Assembly (NCBI GenBank): GCA_002633005.1
Contig: NMRA01000281.1
Location: forward strand, 327,123 to 391,122
DNA length: 64,000 nt
Direction of reading: 5' to 3'
Source of the DNA: Phoronis australis
Taxonomy: Eukaryota; Animalia; Phoronida
In this document: in pieces, positions 11,801-23,600 of the stretch
Position numbering within the stretch: the first letter of the stretch is position 1
Layout: each line of letters begins with the position of its first letter
The notes under the pieces: model-generated
What the model was told of the DNA's origin: nothing
Database searches by the model: none
The model's input: the letters and a program-made list of their open reading frames with translations, nothing else
Translations under genes and position numbers: made by a program

Positions 11801-14800
11801 TTACCAATCGTTTACACGTTCCAAATGAAAAGAGAGGCACATGCCAGCCACAATGAAAGCGAATTATACATGTATACGATAAGTCCTGGCGTAGTGAAGA
11901 AACCGTACATACAATGGTGAAAGAATATTCAATTGACAACATAAGATTTCAGATTCTCAAGCGGCCGAACATGACAAGTATTCTTGCAAGCAATGGAAGA
12001 TGAAATGGTTTCATTAAATCCACCAGCAAAATAAATAGGACGATCGTCTCTGATTTACACATCAAAGACATTTCTAATGAACTAGTAAGGGTGATAATAT
12101 GATGCTCAACTGCGGCAAGGGGATTTAAGCTGCCACGATGCTATTCACAGTAGCAAGTACGGCTACCACCTCGCGAGAATGTGTCTGACAGGCGATGGTT
12201 GCACTCCTGTAAGTTATGACGTCATCTGCGTGTTGGTCTCGTCTCTTCTCCTCAGTTTGAGCTGCCGAACCCAGCGTCGCAGCTCCAGTTCAACATATAG
12301 TTAGGTATCCTCGAAACCGATATAAGAAGCATTAAAACTTGAGTAAGAAGCGCCTAGTTCAACAAGCGTTAAAGTGGTGTTACTGTGTCACTTAGCAACG
12401 AAACAAAGATGTTGAATCTGTGTTCGAAACAGGCATTCAAGCGTCCTGGCGCGTAACGACTTTCACCGTCTTTGTTCTCGATGTTGGTGCATTGACAAGA
12501 AAAATAAAAAGGCGAGAGAGAATGCAAGAACGAAAGCGAGAAAGAAGGAAAGGAAGCAAGAAAAAAGGAGAGAGAGAAAGAAAGAAAGGAAGAATGGAGG
12601 AATTGGGGATAGAATTGGGCAGGTGCAGAGAAGCACGAGAATAAACAAGCAGTGGATTGCAAATTATGTCTTGTTGCACTTTCAACTCGAGTTCAAAGAC
12701 CGGTGATTGTGAAAACCTTTTTGGCGTCACGGATGGGGGACGCTGACTTGGCTCGTCGTCTTCCAAACTGGTTCGGTTGGCGATAACGCCGGGGCATAGC
12801 AAAGGAAGGTGACTTCGCCACACGTATTTCCTGATCATCAGCACCATCATCTAAGAGCTTCCGTTCAGCATCAACCAACGATTTGCGTGGCCACACCAAA
12901 GGACGTCTTCCGTGAACAGAAACCACGTGACCTGGTCTTTCATAATTGTCCAGCGCAATTTTGCGACCAAGGGCAACGCGGGGGTGTTCAATAACGCCAC
13001 TCTGCAACGGGGGTGAAGCAACAATGAAACACAGAAAGACGGTAAATGGCAGTGGAATTGATGGCGTGATTTCAGAATGGCAACACAGTATTACACACGG
13101 GAGTCATTACATACTGTCCCTAATTTGTCATAGCCTATTCATAGAAAAAGCTGATATCGTTACGAGATGTACACTTTGCTATCACAGTTAACATGATAAT
13201 TTAACATTAACATTTAGGTAAATGAAATGGGTAGCCTAGGCCAGCGACAGTAAAGCGAAGTATATTAGAAGAAAGTCCACTTGAGCACAGATGCTGGTGA
13301 ACTGAATGTTGTCAAGCTGCTGAACAAAGTTTCTCTACAAAGCAGTGGAAGTTGAAAAGATTTAAACTAAAACCAGCAGCAAAATAAATAGGACGGCTGT
13401 CTTTGGTAAGTATATCAAAGGCGTTTCGATGAGAAGCAAGGGTGAAACAAAGATGGTCAAATGCCGTAACTGGAGGTGTAAGCTATAGCTAACTGTCAAG
13501 TTGTTATTGGTGAGTTGTTACAACGCTGACGTTACTGTGTGACCCAGTACCATAACTCTGACTGGCGAAGGTTGCATTCTTGTTACATATGACGTCATCC
13601 TTGAACTGCATTCGTCTCATCTCGGCCGCGGCATTGTGGGCTGCCGAGTTCCAGCAACACATACTTCTTTGACCAGCAGTTCGGCAAACTATTCTTGAAA
13701 TCGGAATAAGAAGCAGTTAGGCTTAAATAAGAAGCGCCTAGTTCAACAAGCGTTAAGAGTGGTATTACGTTATACCACGTAGCAACGAAATAAGGGTGTT
13801 CCGTATGATTTCGAAGCAGCCATTCAAAGCGTCCAAAATCATCAGTACGATCTCCATCTCTGTTTCCGTTTATAGCCAGAGAGACAACTCGGGTAAAGTA
13901 ATGACGAAATTTTCCAAATGCTCTGCTATAAAGGGAAACACAGAGGATTTAGAAATGAACCTTTTGCGCCGTTCGGATAGGAGAGACAGATCTGGGGCGA
14001 GTACTTCGATGCACTTTGATGTTAAAGCGTGGTGGGTTGGACGCACGCAGAGCTGCCGTCGCTGTCACGGCGGGTGCATTATCGATGTGCGTCAGGGCGG
14101 CTCGGGCTACTGATTTGCCACGAGGAGGTGGAACCGGCATACGGGCAACTGGGCGCGGGGGGAGACTAGCCTCTCGTGCACTTCTGCGACTCGTGACTAG
14201 GCGAGGAGGCACACTTGCTTCACGCTGTGGGTGAGATGAAAGATGTGAGAAGAGAGACGCGTGAAAGAATATGCAGGACAACACTAAATCACAAGGTTCA
14301 AATTAGTACAGACGAAGAAAGACTTCATAAAACACTCGTGAATTCAAACAAGAGTGGGTGGAACCAGAAGTGTTTGAGGACTGGGCTCAACGACAAAGTA
14401 CATAACATAACTCGGCATGTCGATCCTAGGAAAGAGAAAACAAATGGTCTTCGTGAACGCTATCTCACCAGTTCAAGCAGGAGCTAACAGATGCTGTGGC
14501 CCCTAACTGAAAGGTGAAAGTGTTTTATAAACGGGTGCACCCTAGGATATAACACCTTTACCTTGGCTTCAATACGGTCAAGCATGGACCTTCTGTTATG
14601 GACGGGCTCCTCGTAATTGGAGTCGTCAGGACAACAAATAACGTGAATTTCGCCATTTTGGTCTATGTATTCAATATCGGAGGATTTTTTTGAACATCTT
14701 GGAGCACGAACATAGCTCGTTTCTAAAGCCGACAATTCTTCGACAGTAAGGTCAGGGTAAATATCTCGAGGGATACTGGCTTTATGAAGGTCCATGCTAG

Positions 14801-17800
14801 ACCTCACATTGTGTTCGACGTCATCAAGGTCCTTCGATCTTTGATATTTTGAGAGAGTGCGTCGGAAACTGCGTTTGTCGTCTAACGTGTATAGGTCAAG
14901 ATCCAGCGCATTCTGTGTACAGGGTGGAGAAAAAGTTATGAACGTTGCTTATCACTAATTTTTGACAAATATATGCAACATAAACTTAACCATTGTCAGG
15001 CGAACATTGTATCCCCGCCATGGTCAGGAAGTACTTACATCAGAGGTATGTCCGGACAGTGTCGCTCATATGGTTGACTTTTCAGCCATAAAGATTTATT
15101 TTTCTGTAGAATTCCCTTCAAAAATGTCCGAGGTATGGGTTAGCTCACGGAAAGTTCCATATTTGCAGAAGAACTTTACAGAAAGTTTGTTGTGCAGTAA
15201 AAGACTACGATCCAACGGTTCAAAGTTTTTAATTTAACTGAAGTTGAAACTCCTACAAAATGAAATTGTATGTGATATATCCTTACAAAAAAGTGACCTT
15301 TTTCATAGATGCTCCGGATCTTTGGTCTCTTGTAATCGTGACAACTCTCCAAAACGGTGGAGTTTATCTTGCCAAATCTCTAATTTCCTGGCGGAACACT
15401 CCGTCAAAATTAAATTCGAGTACCTCCGGCGTTTTATCGTCGGATGACACTGTAAGGTATGATATCACCTGTATATATGGCATGGCAAATCTTTCTGGTA
15501 AACGGTGTTAATATTTACAGGATATATTGAGCGCCCTGTAGGGACACCCCATTTCACACAATGGTGTCGATGTTTTGATTTAATCTAGTGATATAACACT
15601 TCTTGTTTTCTTTGTTTAAACCTGCGAGTAATATACACGATATTGGTCCTAGGGTAAACTGTGGTCGGAATGAAGGCATAGGTTTCAGTTTTTGGCTTCA
15701 TTATTATTTTATCGTACTTTGAATTTGACAGTTTTGACCAGCCGAAGCAGCACTCAACTTCAAGTCCCTGGAACTTTTCTTTCAATCAAGAAAGCAATTG
15801 CATTATCTTGTATTTTGCCGGATACTAAAATCAAAGGTAATTTTTTCGATATATGGGTCTCTGGCAAATTTGCTGGTAATAGAGACATTATGATTTACGT
15901 TAGTTAGGCTGATAAACAACGTTCCTCTTTCAAACTCACACGTTAGCGATCGGCCGCTTCGCCGGCTTCCTCACCCTGCTCACATTTCAAGCAATATTTG
16001 AAAACACTGAACACTACGTCTATATTTCACACGGAATTTAACATTGAGACCTTATTCACTAGATTAAATACATAATCTTTGCACAATTCGTCATCGAGAG
16101 CTATTTTAGTTGACCATCTGGCAAATTCGACATTGAAGACAATGTTATCAAAGCACTCGAACAGCGCCGAAATCTTTTGGAACATTTTTAAAAAACAAGA
16201 GACACTGGGCGCAGAGCTCAACTTACCAACTTCTCGTTAACAGACCGCATTAATTCGTCATCCTTTCGGCGTGACTTCGTATAGAGGTCATCAGAAAGGT
16301 CATAAGCTTCTGACGTAATTCGTGCGGCTGAGCCGAGAGTGCTGTAGGGGAGGTAAGGTTCGTAGACGTCTGTATAGGACAAATCAGAAATGTTAACATG
16401 TTAGTGTTCTTTGATCATCGAAAGTTGTAGAAATTAAAACGGATCGTCGTTAAATGGTGAACGCCCAAACAAGAACATTGATGAGATATTCCGTGTCATT
16501 TTATTCGGATGTTTAGAGATGAGGTATCTGCCACTAATATGACGCGATTTGGACACAACATATAGGAATAAAAATGCTTAACCAGATCACATTTTCAAAA
16601 ATTTCGCAGGTCTTGGACTTTGATCCAATTCAGATAGCAATTTAAAACTTGATTTGTTTTACAGAATTATGTGTGCTCCGACAACTGTTGCACCCGGCCA
16701 TCATAAGCTCCTAGGGAGTTGAGAAGGATTACGATTGACAAAGTCCATGGCAACTACGTAAATCCAGGATGCTTGTTATTACTGTTTTTAACTTCGGTGT
16801 TTTAATTTTATTTGAGTGGGTTCGAAATGTCAAAATAACGTCATATTAAACAAGCGGATAGGTGCATATTTTAACTGTTTTTACCAGCAGCACCTTCTAC
16901 CGCCGTATAAACCGGTTGTAGAAGATAAGTCACGGGTCTCCACCAGATTTTAATGTGAAAGAACGTATACGTAGCAGAATCCTGTTGATTTCTGATCAGA
17001 AATCAGCATGGCGATAGGCTCTACTGTTTCATAAAGTTTGATCTGTAGAGGAGTCATCCTCATGACATCATCACACGGTATTCTCAGCTCTAGAGAGCCA
17101 CGAAGAGAGCTTTTCAATCTATGACGACTCAACAATTTAATGCACAGTTCTCTTAAAGTATGAGCAGATGGCGGAATAGCGCTTGGTGACGAATTGATCC
17201 CATTAGCACGTGGGCCGGGTATTGTGGGTTTGCTTTTGACACGGCCCCGGAGGCCGACTTCGAACAGACTAACAACGGAAGTCAAATATCTTGTTGCAGT
17301 TTACTCTCTGTCACGATTCTACCTAAAGGAGACGTTGTCTTGTGAAATAATGATGGCCCGGCGACACATATATGGAATTCCGTGTGTGGGAATCAGTGCC
17401 CACGTCTTGGTTTGTCGTTTACATATCGTACGATAATGAGTCGGAAAATGAATCTTTATGTTGTTACGTTTGACGTCTTGTGATTTTGTCTGCCCCAAAA
17501 AACAGGAACTTGTATGGAATGCATCGATTTTGTCTGTTCTTGTGGTTGCAGTAACCGCAAGCCACACAAGCATTTCTCAATTTCTCAGCATCAACCAATC
17601 GGATTGTTTGGATGTTAGTTTCCAACCAATCCGATTATGTCCGAATGCCACTTCGTTCTGTTAACAAATGAGAAGCCATGTTACATGAACATTATTTTCA
17701 CAGTGCCGCCACTCGTAACACTGGGCAAAGGTGTACTCACCGTCGTCTTCATAGCGACGCCTAATAACAGTGGAAGAGGTGATGTTCAGAGGCTTGCCGC

Positions 17801-18939
17801 CTGTCGGTACCACGACGAGGTGCCTCCCGCGCTAAAAGCAGAGATGTGTTGACCTTATTCGGATTGTGGGACAGAGGTCATAAAGGCAGGTCTACGATCT
17901 CAGTACAGAGATTACTCACTTCAAGCCGCGAGAACTAGTTCAGTTGAAGCCCCGATATGGGTACATGCAGCATCTATCCAAATCAATCGCCAGCTTACCG
18001 AGCACGATCGCCTGCGCCATAACGCTTCCTGGAGTAAAGGACTCGCATCCAACAAATCTACTTAGTTTATGCCAAATGCATATGCGTGCATTTAGGTCCA
18101 CTCCCATGCGTTTAGATCCAAAATGTAATGTTTATCAAAGATTCTTTATTCAGGTTTTTCACATTTTGTTTCATGCTCCTACAAAGCTTCACTTCCACCT
18201 AGGTATATATGACTATCCGTTGCTAGTATAGCAATTCTTTAACGGATGAGTTAAATTCCACTCTTCGGACATTTTAGACATTTTCTCCTGTTGTTCTCAC
18301 AATACATATTCACAAAAAGCGTAGCTTCACCAAGGGCGGATCCAGGATTTTGACTTGGGGGCAGGGCAGAGTATTAGCCAGGATTGTGCCCGTTAGACAT
18401 TCGCACCCCTGAATTGCCAAATGGAGTTTGGGAGAATTTTAGCGGTACCATGGCCTCCTTGGCCCCCCTCTAAATCCGCCACTGTTCACACATACTGTAA
18501 GTGCGTGTGGAATAAAAACCAACGGTAATTATTGAAAAACGAAAACCGGTAAGTGCGCAGCTGTGCACGTGACTTACCATGAAGTCAACAATGTTTATAC
18601 TATCGGCTTTAGTTTCGTTATAGAATCCTCACGAAACGATTTTCAAATTAGTACTTTTTTCAAATTCATGCACATTCAACCAACACGACATCATTTTTTT
18701 CATAATTAAGATAATTTAATATACAACTTACAAAATTTGATAATAAAATACAAATACATACAAGGTTACAATTTACGAAATGTTCCTCTTTTACTGATAT
18801 CTAATGAGAGACTCATGCTGTGTTCTCAACAGGAGAAAACAAAAGAATTAGTAACTTAAATGCTCGCGAATCATAACTAAGTGCTTGTAATGGGTAGACT
18901 CACCCTTCCCGAAATAGCAGAGAATCTCCCCTTTGCCAT
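5850..18939 (-). CDS. Uncharacterised multi-exon Arg/Ser/Pro-rich protein with tandem alternative exons (about 378 aa without a cassette exon, about 470 aa with one)
   Basis: Phase-compatible exon chain: 18904-18939 (MAKGRFSAISGR), 17741-17831 (RGRHLVVVPTGG...YEDD), 16227-16369 (DVYEPYLPY...KSRRKDDELMRSVNEKL), 14562-14912 (NALDLDLY...MLDRIEAK), cassette exons at 13961-14224, 12717-13001 and 11320-11601, then 10482-10595 (AALKSQRN...SDDPE), 9978-10019 (SQLSVTSSSIVDTK), 9176-9259 (PSSKIG...IMTPQ), 8570-8688 (KRLLAMETP...HKLMMDR), 6503-6575 (ASEFKQ...RRAASVGPSVP), 5850-5933 (SAPKMSEVRSHIRDVLCRTKKDPCYFK*). All acceptors are AG, donors are GT except one GC, no internal stops, and AATAAA overlaps the stop codon. 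Confidence 0.75.
8271..8379 (-). CDS. Candidate alternative terminal exon (LVTNTSQPILKASSYEFVMRVLDGHRRQPWWTNYK*)
   Basis: TAG acceptor giving the phase-2 junction required after the 8570-8688 exon, open to a TGA at 8271. Confidence 0.35.
11296..11601 (-). CDS. Tandem alternative exon C (NSAFEHPLV...QRAKSASPIRSTIK)
   Basis: CCCCCCGTTGCAG acceptor, phase 0, open frame kept despite many substitutions relative to exon B. Possible donor AAG|GTTTTT (exon end 11320) or stop at 11296. Confidence 0.65.
   Translation of the reverse strand, partial: NSAFEHPLVVLGRKVTLDDYTKPSRAVLVRRGGRSFVWRNPFAEVGMQLIHDGVYEPETRVAKSVFLTMPRYRHLRSFGRQRAKSASPIRSTIKVFTITGL
12693..13001 (-). CDS. Tandem alternative exon B (SGVIEHPRV...RRAKSASPIRDAKK)
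   Basis: CCCCCGTTGCAG acceptor, phase 0, open frame, clear paralogue of exon C. Possible donor AAG|GTTTTC (exon end 12717) or stop at 12693. Confidence 0.65.
   Translation of the reverse strand, partial: SGVIEHPRVALGRKIALDNYERPGHVVSVHGRRPLVWPRKSLVDAERKLLDDGADDQEIRVAKSPSFAMPRRYRQPNQFGRRRAKSASPIRDAKKVFTITGL
13949..14224 (-). CDS. Tandem alternative exon A of the uncharacterised gene (REASVPPR...RSVSPIRTAQK)
   Basis: Pyrimidine tract plus CAG acceptor (AG at 14226-14225), phase 0 matching the IEAK donor at 14562. Either splices out at AAG|GTTCAT (exon end 13961) or reads on to a stop at 13949. Confidence 0.7.
   Translation of the reverse strand, partial: REASVPPRLVTSRRSAREASLPPRPVARMPVPPPRGKSVARAALTHIDNAPAVTATAALRASNPPRFNIKVHRSTRPRSVSPIRTAQKVHF
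18331..18484. mobile_element. Short TIR element, GGCGGATC family
   Basis: CAAGGGCGGATCCAG...CTAAATCCGCCACTG. Confidence 0.65.
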
Positions 18940-19522
18940 CTGGTCACCTGGAAAATAATGGCTGTTATTCAAGGGATAATAAACGCGTACCTTCCATCAA
19001 AATAGATTGTTGGTTTAATAATATCATTTTTTGGCCAAATTAGAAGTAAGAAATAGGAACTGAAACGACTCAGAGTGCAGCATGAAAACGACGTTTCAAT
19101 ATTAATCAAAGATCATCCTCAGGTACAATAGCAGACAGAAATAAAGTTTCGTAACAGAATGTTCACTATTGATTTAGGTCACTTACATGTGCCAGTGTGA
19201 AATAAGTTTAATGTTGTGCCTCACTGCACTGGAAACTTAATATCCACTCTTGAGATGAACTGGTGAATTGTTATTGTAATAGCAGGCTTGTGAAGTTTAC
19301 TGCTGGTTTTTTCAGCCGTCGAAGCAGTACAGCTGTTGAAGGAATCCCAGTCGTTTTATTCCAACCAATTTCAATTCAGTAAAGGACAAGAACACGATGA
19401 CGATCATTTAGAAGAGCATTTATATTCTTGCGGAAAAACTTTTTTCTGTTTAAGGTGACTGTAAAAATGAAAAATGTCGTGACGTAGCAACACATTTCGA
19501 CACGAACACTGTATACACCACC

Positions 19523-19779
19523 GCGCGCACCGAGGGGGCTCGGGCGGCTCGAACGACCCCCCCCCCCCCCCNCGAAGTGGACAGAAAGGTCCGCCTCGGA
19601 GAAACAAAAACTCCGAAAAAAAGTAGAAAATGAGACAAAAGTCCACTGAAAAGGGGCAGGAACTACCAAAATTCGGCGAATGCCCAATTCGAGCTCTGAA
19701 CGTATACCGTGAAACTTAGTAAAAGGTCCATCTTCTCAAAATTCGAGCCCCATCCCCCATTTTTAGGCTGGGTGCGCAC
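19523..19779. mobile_element. Probable MITE with GC-rich ends
   Basis: GCGCGCACC...GGTGCGCAC ends with internal poly-C runs. Confidence 0.45.
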
Positions 19780-20527
19780 ATTCATCAACCATTTAACCAT
19801 TTTTTACATAACTGGGCGGAGTACAGGTTTGAGACTCAGGACGCATAATGTGGAATTTGTAAAACCACTTAAACAAGTAATCGGCAGAAAGCACAACAGA
19901 TTGGCACATTGTGTCGCAAGTGTAAGAATTTCAAGAGAATCTTTTCAGACATTTGAGCTTAAATTTTGTTCAATAAGGTCAATTGCCCACATTACTTGCT
20001 TGAGAGTTTACTTGCGCTAAGTGGCCTCTGTTTTCAAATTGACGAAGCTATGAGTCAAGGACCCCTCTGTTCCCTCACAAACCAGCAGTCATAGGGTTCC
20101 GTGTTGAAAAACTTGAGGCACAACTACCTTAGGAGGGAAATGGTGACGAACGTGGGGTGGAAATTGAAGCGACTAAGAGTTGAAACATGACTGCGGGGAT
20201 CTGGGAGGGGCAATTCAAATTACAGGGTGCCAAAATTTCTTATAGGTTATTATAGGGCTCGAAAAATTGATTCCGTTACGAGACATCACAAAGGAAAGTA
20301 GATGTGAAAAAAATCTTGTACATGTAAATAAATCTTCATTCTCCGTGATGTGTATTACTTTTGATAAATTCTTTTCCATTTTAGATTTAAGATATGTAAG
20401 CAGCAAAACGTCGAGGGCAGTATTCGTAATTGGCAGTTCACTTCAATTAACATCATCAGTGTATATGTTTGTAATAATCGTTTGGTCAAACAATCGGGAT
20501 TCCGTGATTTAGATACTGGATTGCGTT

Positions 20528-20617
20528 TGTGTGTGTGCATGTGTATGTGCATGTGTATGTGCACGTGTGTGTGCGCGCGCGAGTGTGTGTGTGTGCGTGC
20601 GCGCGCGCGCGCGTGTC
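20528..20617. repeat. Alternating purine-pyrimidine (TG/CG) microsatellite
   Basis: gtgtgtgtgcatgtgtatgtgc...gcgcgcgcgcgcgtgt. Confidence 0.9.
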
Positions 20618-23600
20618 CATGGTGTTATTGATTTCTGCAAACGTGTAAACATTACCATTGTTGTAGTCTAGGTTTAGACCCAAACGCCATTATCATGTTT
20701 CGAGACACATGACACGACTCGGCATGTAGTCCTAGATCTAAAAGATGATTTAAGTACCGAGTAAGTGCATTCAAAACTGTCGTTCCCGAATGCACAGCTA
20801 AATCGAGTTGCCGCGCATCTTAACATACTCCAGATGTCTGTTCGAGAAACACGAATAACTTAATGTCTGGCATGACCTGAGATAATGCTGGGGCGAGAGT
20901 TCATCAGGCACGGCGGACATTCCTTGAAATCCACCAGCAGGAGAAATTGTCTTGTTTCTATCGGAATTTTTATCAAAAGTCGTTCATTTCAGTAACTGTG
21001 TTTTCCTCATATGACGTCACGAGTATAGAGATAAGTATCGAGAACAAAAAAGCGAAAGTCCCAGGCATAAAGTTGAATGTATCTTGCCAATTATTTGTAA
21101 ATGCTCATCCAATGCCTAGCCTTGCCTTGTAGTTACATGTATACTGATACGGTCATCGACACTTGATCGTTTGAAACGCTTGACATTGAGGTTTCAACAC
21201 TTAATCAGTTTGTAAGCCAGTTTAGGATAGGCATACGTTTTTTTTCATTTGGTTCCGCTTCAAACCGCCACCGCCATCGACACCACCTTAGCCACCACCA
21301 CCATTACCACCAGATAGTAAGCATGAGATATTGAAGAAAATGGCGCTTGCTTGATTAAAACATGCATGCTTCACTCACTACGAAAGCAGAACCAGTATTA
21401 CGAAATTGTTGACCGCAAAAATAAAACAATTTTAACGCTTTGTCAGTGTAACAAAGTTTTAGTAGGCGTATTTGCATTAGCGCTTATATTAACTTGTACG
21501 ACGTGGTCGAGAACCCCTAAAAAGCTAAATTGTTTGTTATTCAGAAGTACAAGTACTCATCCGATGGTCAGAACTGTTGATAATAATGACTCTGAGATCC
21601 AACGACAAACATCAGCGCACTACATTCAACATCGCCAAACGTCTCAGAAGCGGCCGAACGCGCATATTTTAAGTTATCAAAATTCTTTTGACGTGACTCG
21701 AAAATCTTACCTTTAATACCACTTGGCATGGCCATAGAATAAGGTGCAGAAGTCTCTGGGTAAGTTTTAGGAACTGGACATGTGCTCAAGAGACAAGAAT
21801 GATCCTGATCTAACTTTGTGCCTGGGCAAATTGTTTACTGGCATTGCGGAGCTGACTGGGCGTTCTTTAATACCATGTAAGCACCCTAGAGTGTCAGAAG
21901 GCTGTTCTGGCCGGCATTCTCTAATAGAATGAAAACAAACATGGTGTGCGTGGCCGCGGATGGCCAGTCAACTAATTGGTGCTATTTTTGAAACTCACAA
22001 ATATGTTGTGAACACATTAGCTCATCCTGGCACAATCTTTACTAAGCCGACATTAGAGATGGAAGAGTTTTAAAATAGGTCGATTTTGACATTTGAAGAA
22101 AAAACTTCGGGTGATGCATAAGGCCTGAACGTATGTACAGAGTGGGATTTTTATCACTTGTGGGAAGCCATGAATTACACTGTAGCTCTGGCTAGCTTTT
22201 AGATTTAAAGGTCCTAGTGCGTGTTCAGTTCTTTTGAAGCACTCGTTAAAGTTAGACGCATCGTACAAAGATGCAACTGTGATTATCATAAGAACCGTCG
22301 GAATGGGCGGAAAGTCATGTCCATTTGCGCGATTATTTGGCGGCTTCTGGTTCAACTTATAATAATGGGCGACCGCCAGCTCGCCGAAAAAAGCGATTTG
22401 CGAGAGCAGACGACCCACCAGCTAAACTGATTTGATAAAAAGAACTTCCAAACCATGTACAACAAAACAATGAAGTAGAAAACTAATTGAATAGGTTTTA
22501 AGCACATCAGTTGCATCCCAACTTAACAAACTATACAAACCCCAAATTTTTTAAATAAACCTTAAATCCTTCAGACATCATATCACATGCATTTACATAC
22601 ATAATACAGTCGATAAACCGGTCCAAAATTAAACAACATACCTGTCTCAAAAATGCCGAGAAAGTCAGTTATTAGAGGAAAAACCGTCTCACCCGATTCT
22701 GCAGCCGGTTACCTTAGAGGTCAAGATCGTGGCTCAATGTCGACTCTCGTGGGTGGGGTTCTTGATTCCTCAAAGTCATCGCTATAGTTCTAGGAGTAAT
22801 TCAAACATCACCGAAGGCCAATTACCTACCTAAAAATATACTTTTTTGTCCTTAATCATGTATTGAGGGTTTTCGGAAGCTATTATAATATGAAGAGTAT
22901 CGCCTTTTTCAACCTGACACCCCCATCTATTTTCGATGGTTGAACTTGGTATTTCTCGTATTACGGCAGACTCAGGACTATAAATGGCAATAGCATTCGT
23001 TAGACCGTCGTTGATACAGTTACTCAGACATGACACAGTGTTATGGGCAAGCCATTTTCACCTCGGGAGAATCGATTGTTTAAAAATCAAACCGTCTAAC
23101 TGTGGTTAACTTCAAAACAATTGTAACCCCGGAACTGAACCACTGTTGACGAAGAGTACTCCACGCCAACAGAGCTTAGGTGGCATAACGGTTGTTAGGC
23201 AGATGGGTTATATTAGACTTTAGCAATCAGACAGATGTCCGAACAGATCCAAATATACGTTTGTTCATTCAACATTCTCATAAAAAGGATTTCTAGTAAG
23301 CGACGAGGATATTTTGACTAGTAGAAACAACTTTATTTTCAATCGGTTAATTTTATTGACCTTCAAACAAATCGGTTTGTACGGGATTGACAAATCAAAA
23401 AGTTCGATTAGATTGAGAGGCGGGCAGTGATCAAGACCCATGGATCTTGTAATGAATTCGTAATTGTTAATTAGTGTGTTGATATCGCATGATAGTTATG
23501 TAACGACAAACATACGTGCATGTACGCTGAGTGTGAGGGTATATCAAATTAATTACTAACATGCGCTGCAAAACACTCATGGTTCTAAACCTTTCCCTCA

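Larger units (their letters stand above)
11050..14230. repeat. Diverged tandem triplication, about 1.3-1.4 kb unit (exon plus flanking intron)
   Basis: Shared blocks: ca(c/t)tcaa(a)gcgtcc near 11110, 12434 and 13821; taagaagcgcctagttcaacaagcgttaa near 12344 and 13728; gcaaaataaataggacg near 12026 and 13379; tatgacgtcatc near 12215 and 13588. Confidence 0.85.

Noticed and set aside
12369-12850. Overlapping Phe/Ser/Leu-rich and Arg/Glu/Lys-rich ORFs
   Set aside because: Translations of a GA-rich low-complexity tract.
11296-14807. Stand-alone small basic genes or an endogenous virus
   Set aside because: The ORF-track starts are TTG or GTG codons at or inside spliced exons; the segments join in phase into one spliced gene and show no viral hallmarks.
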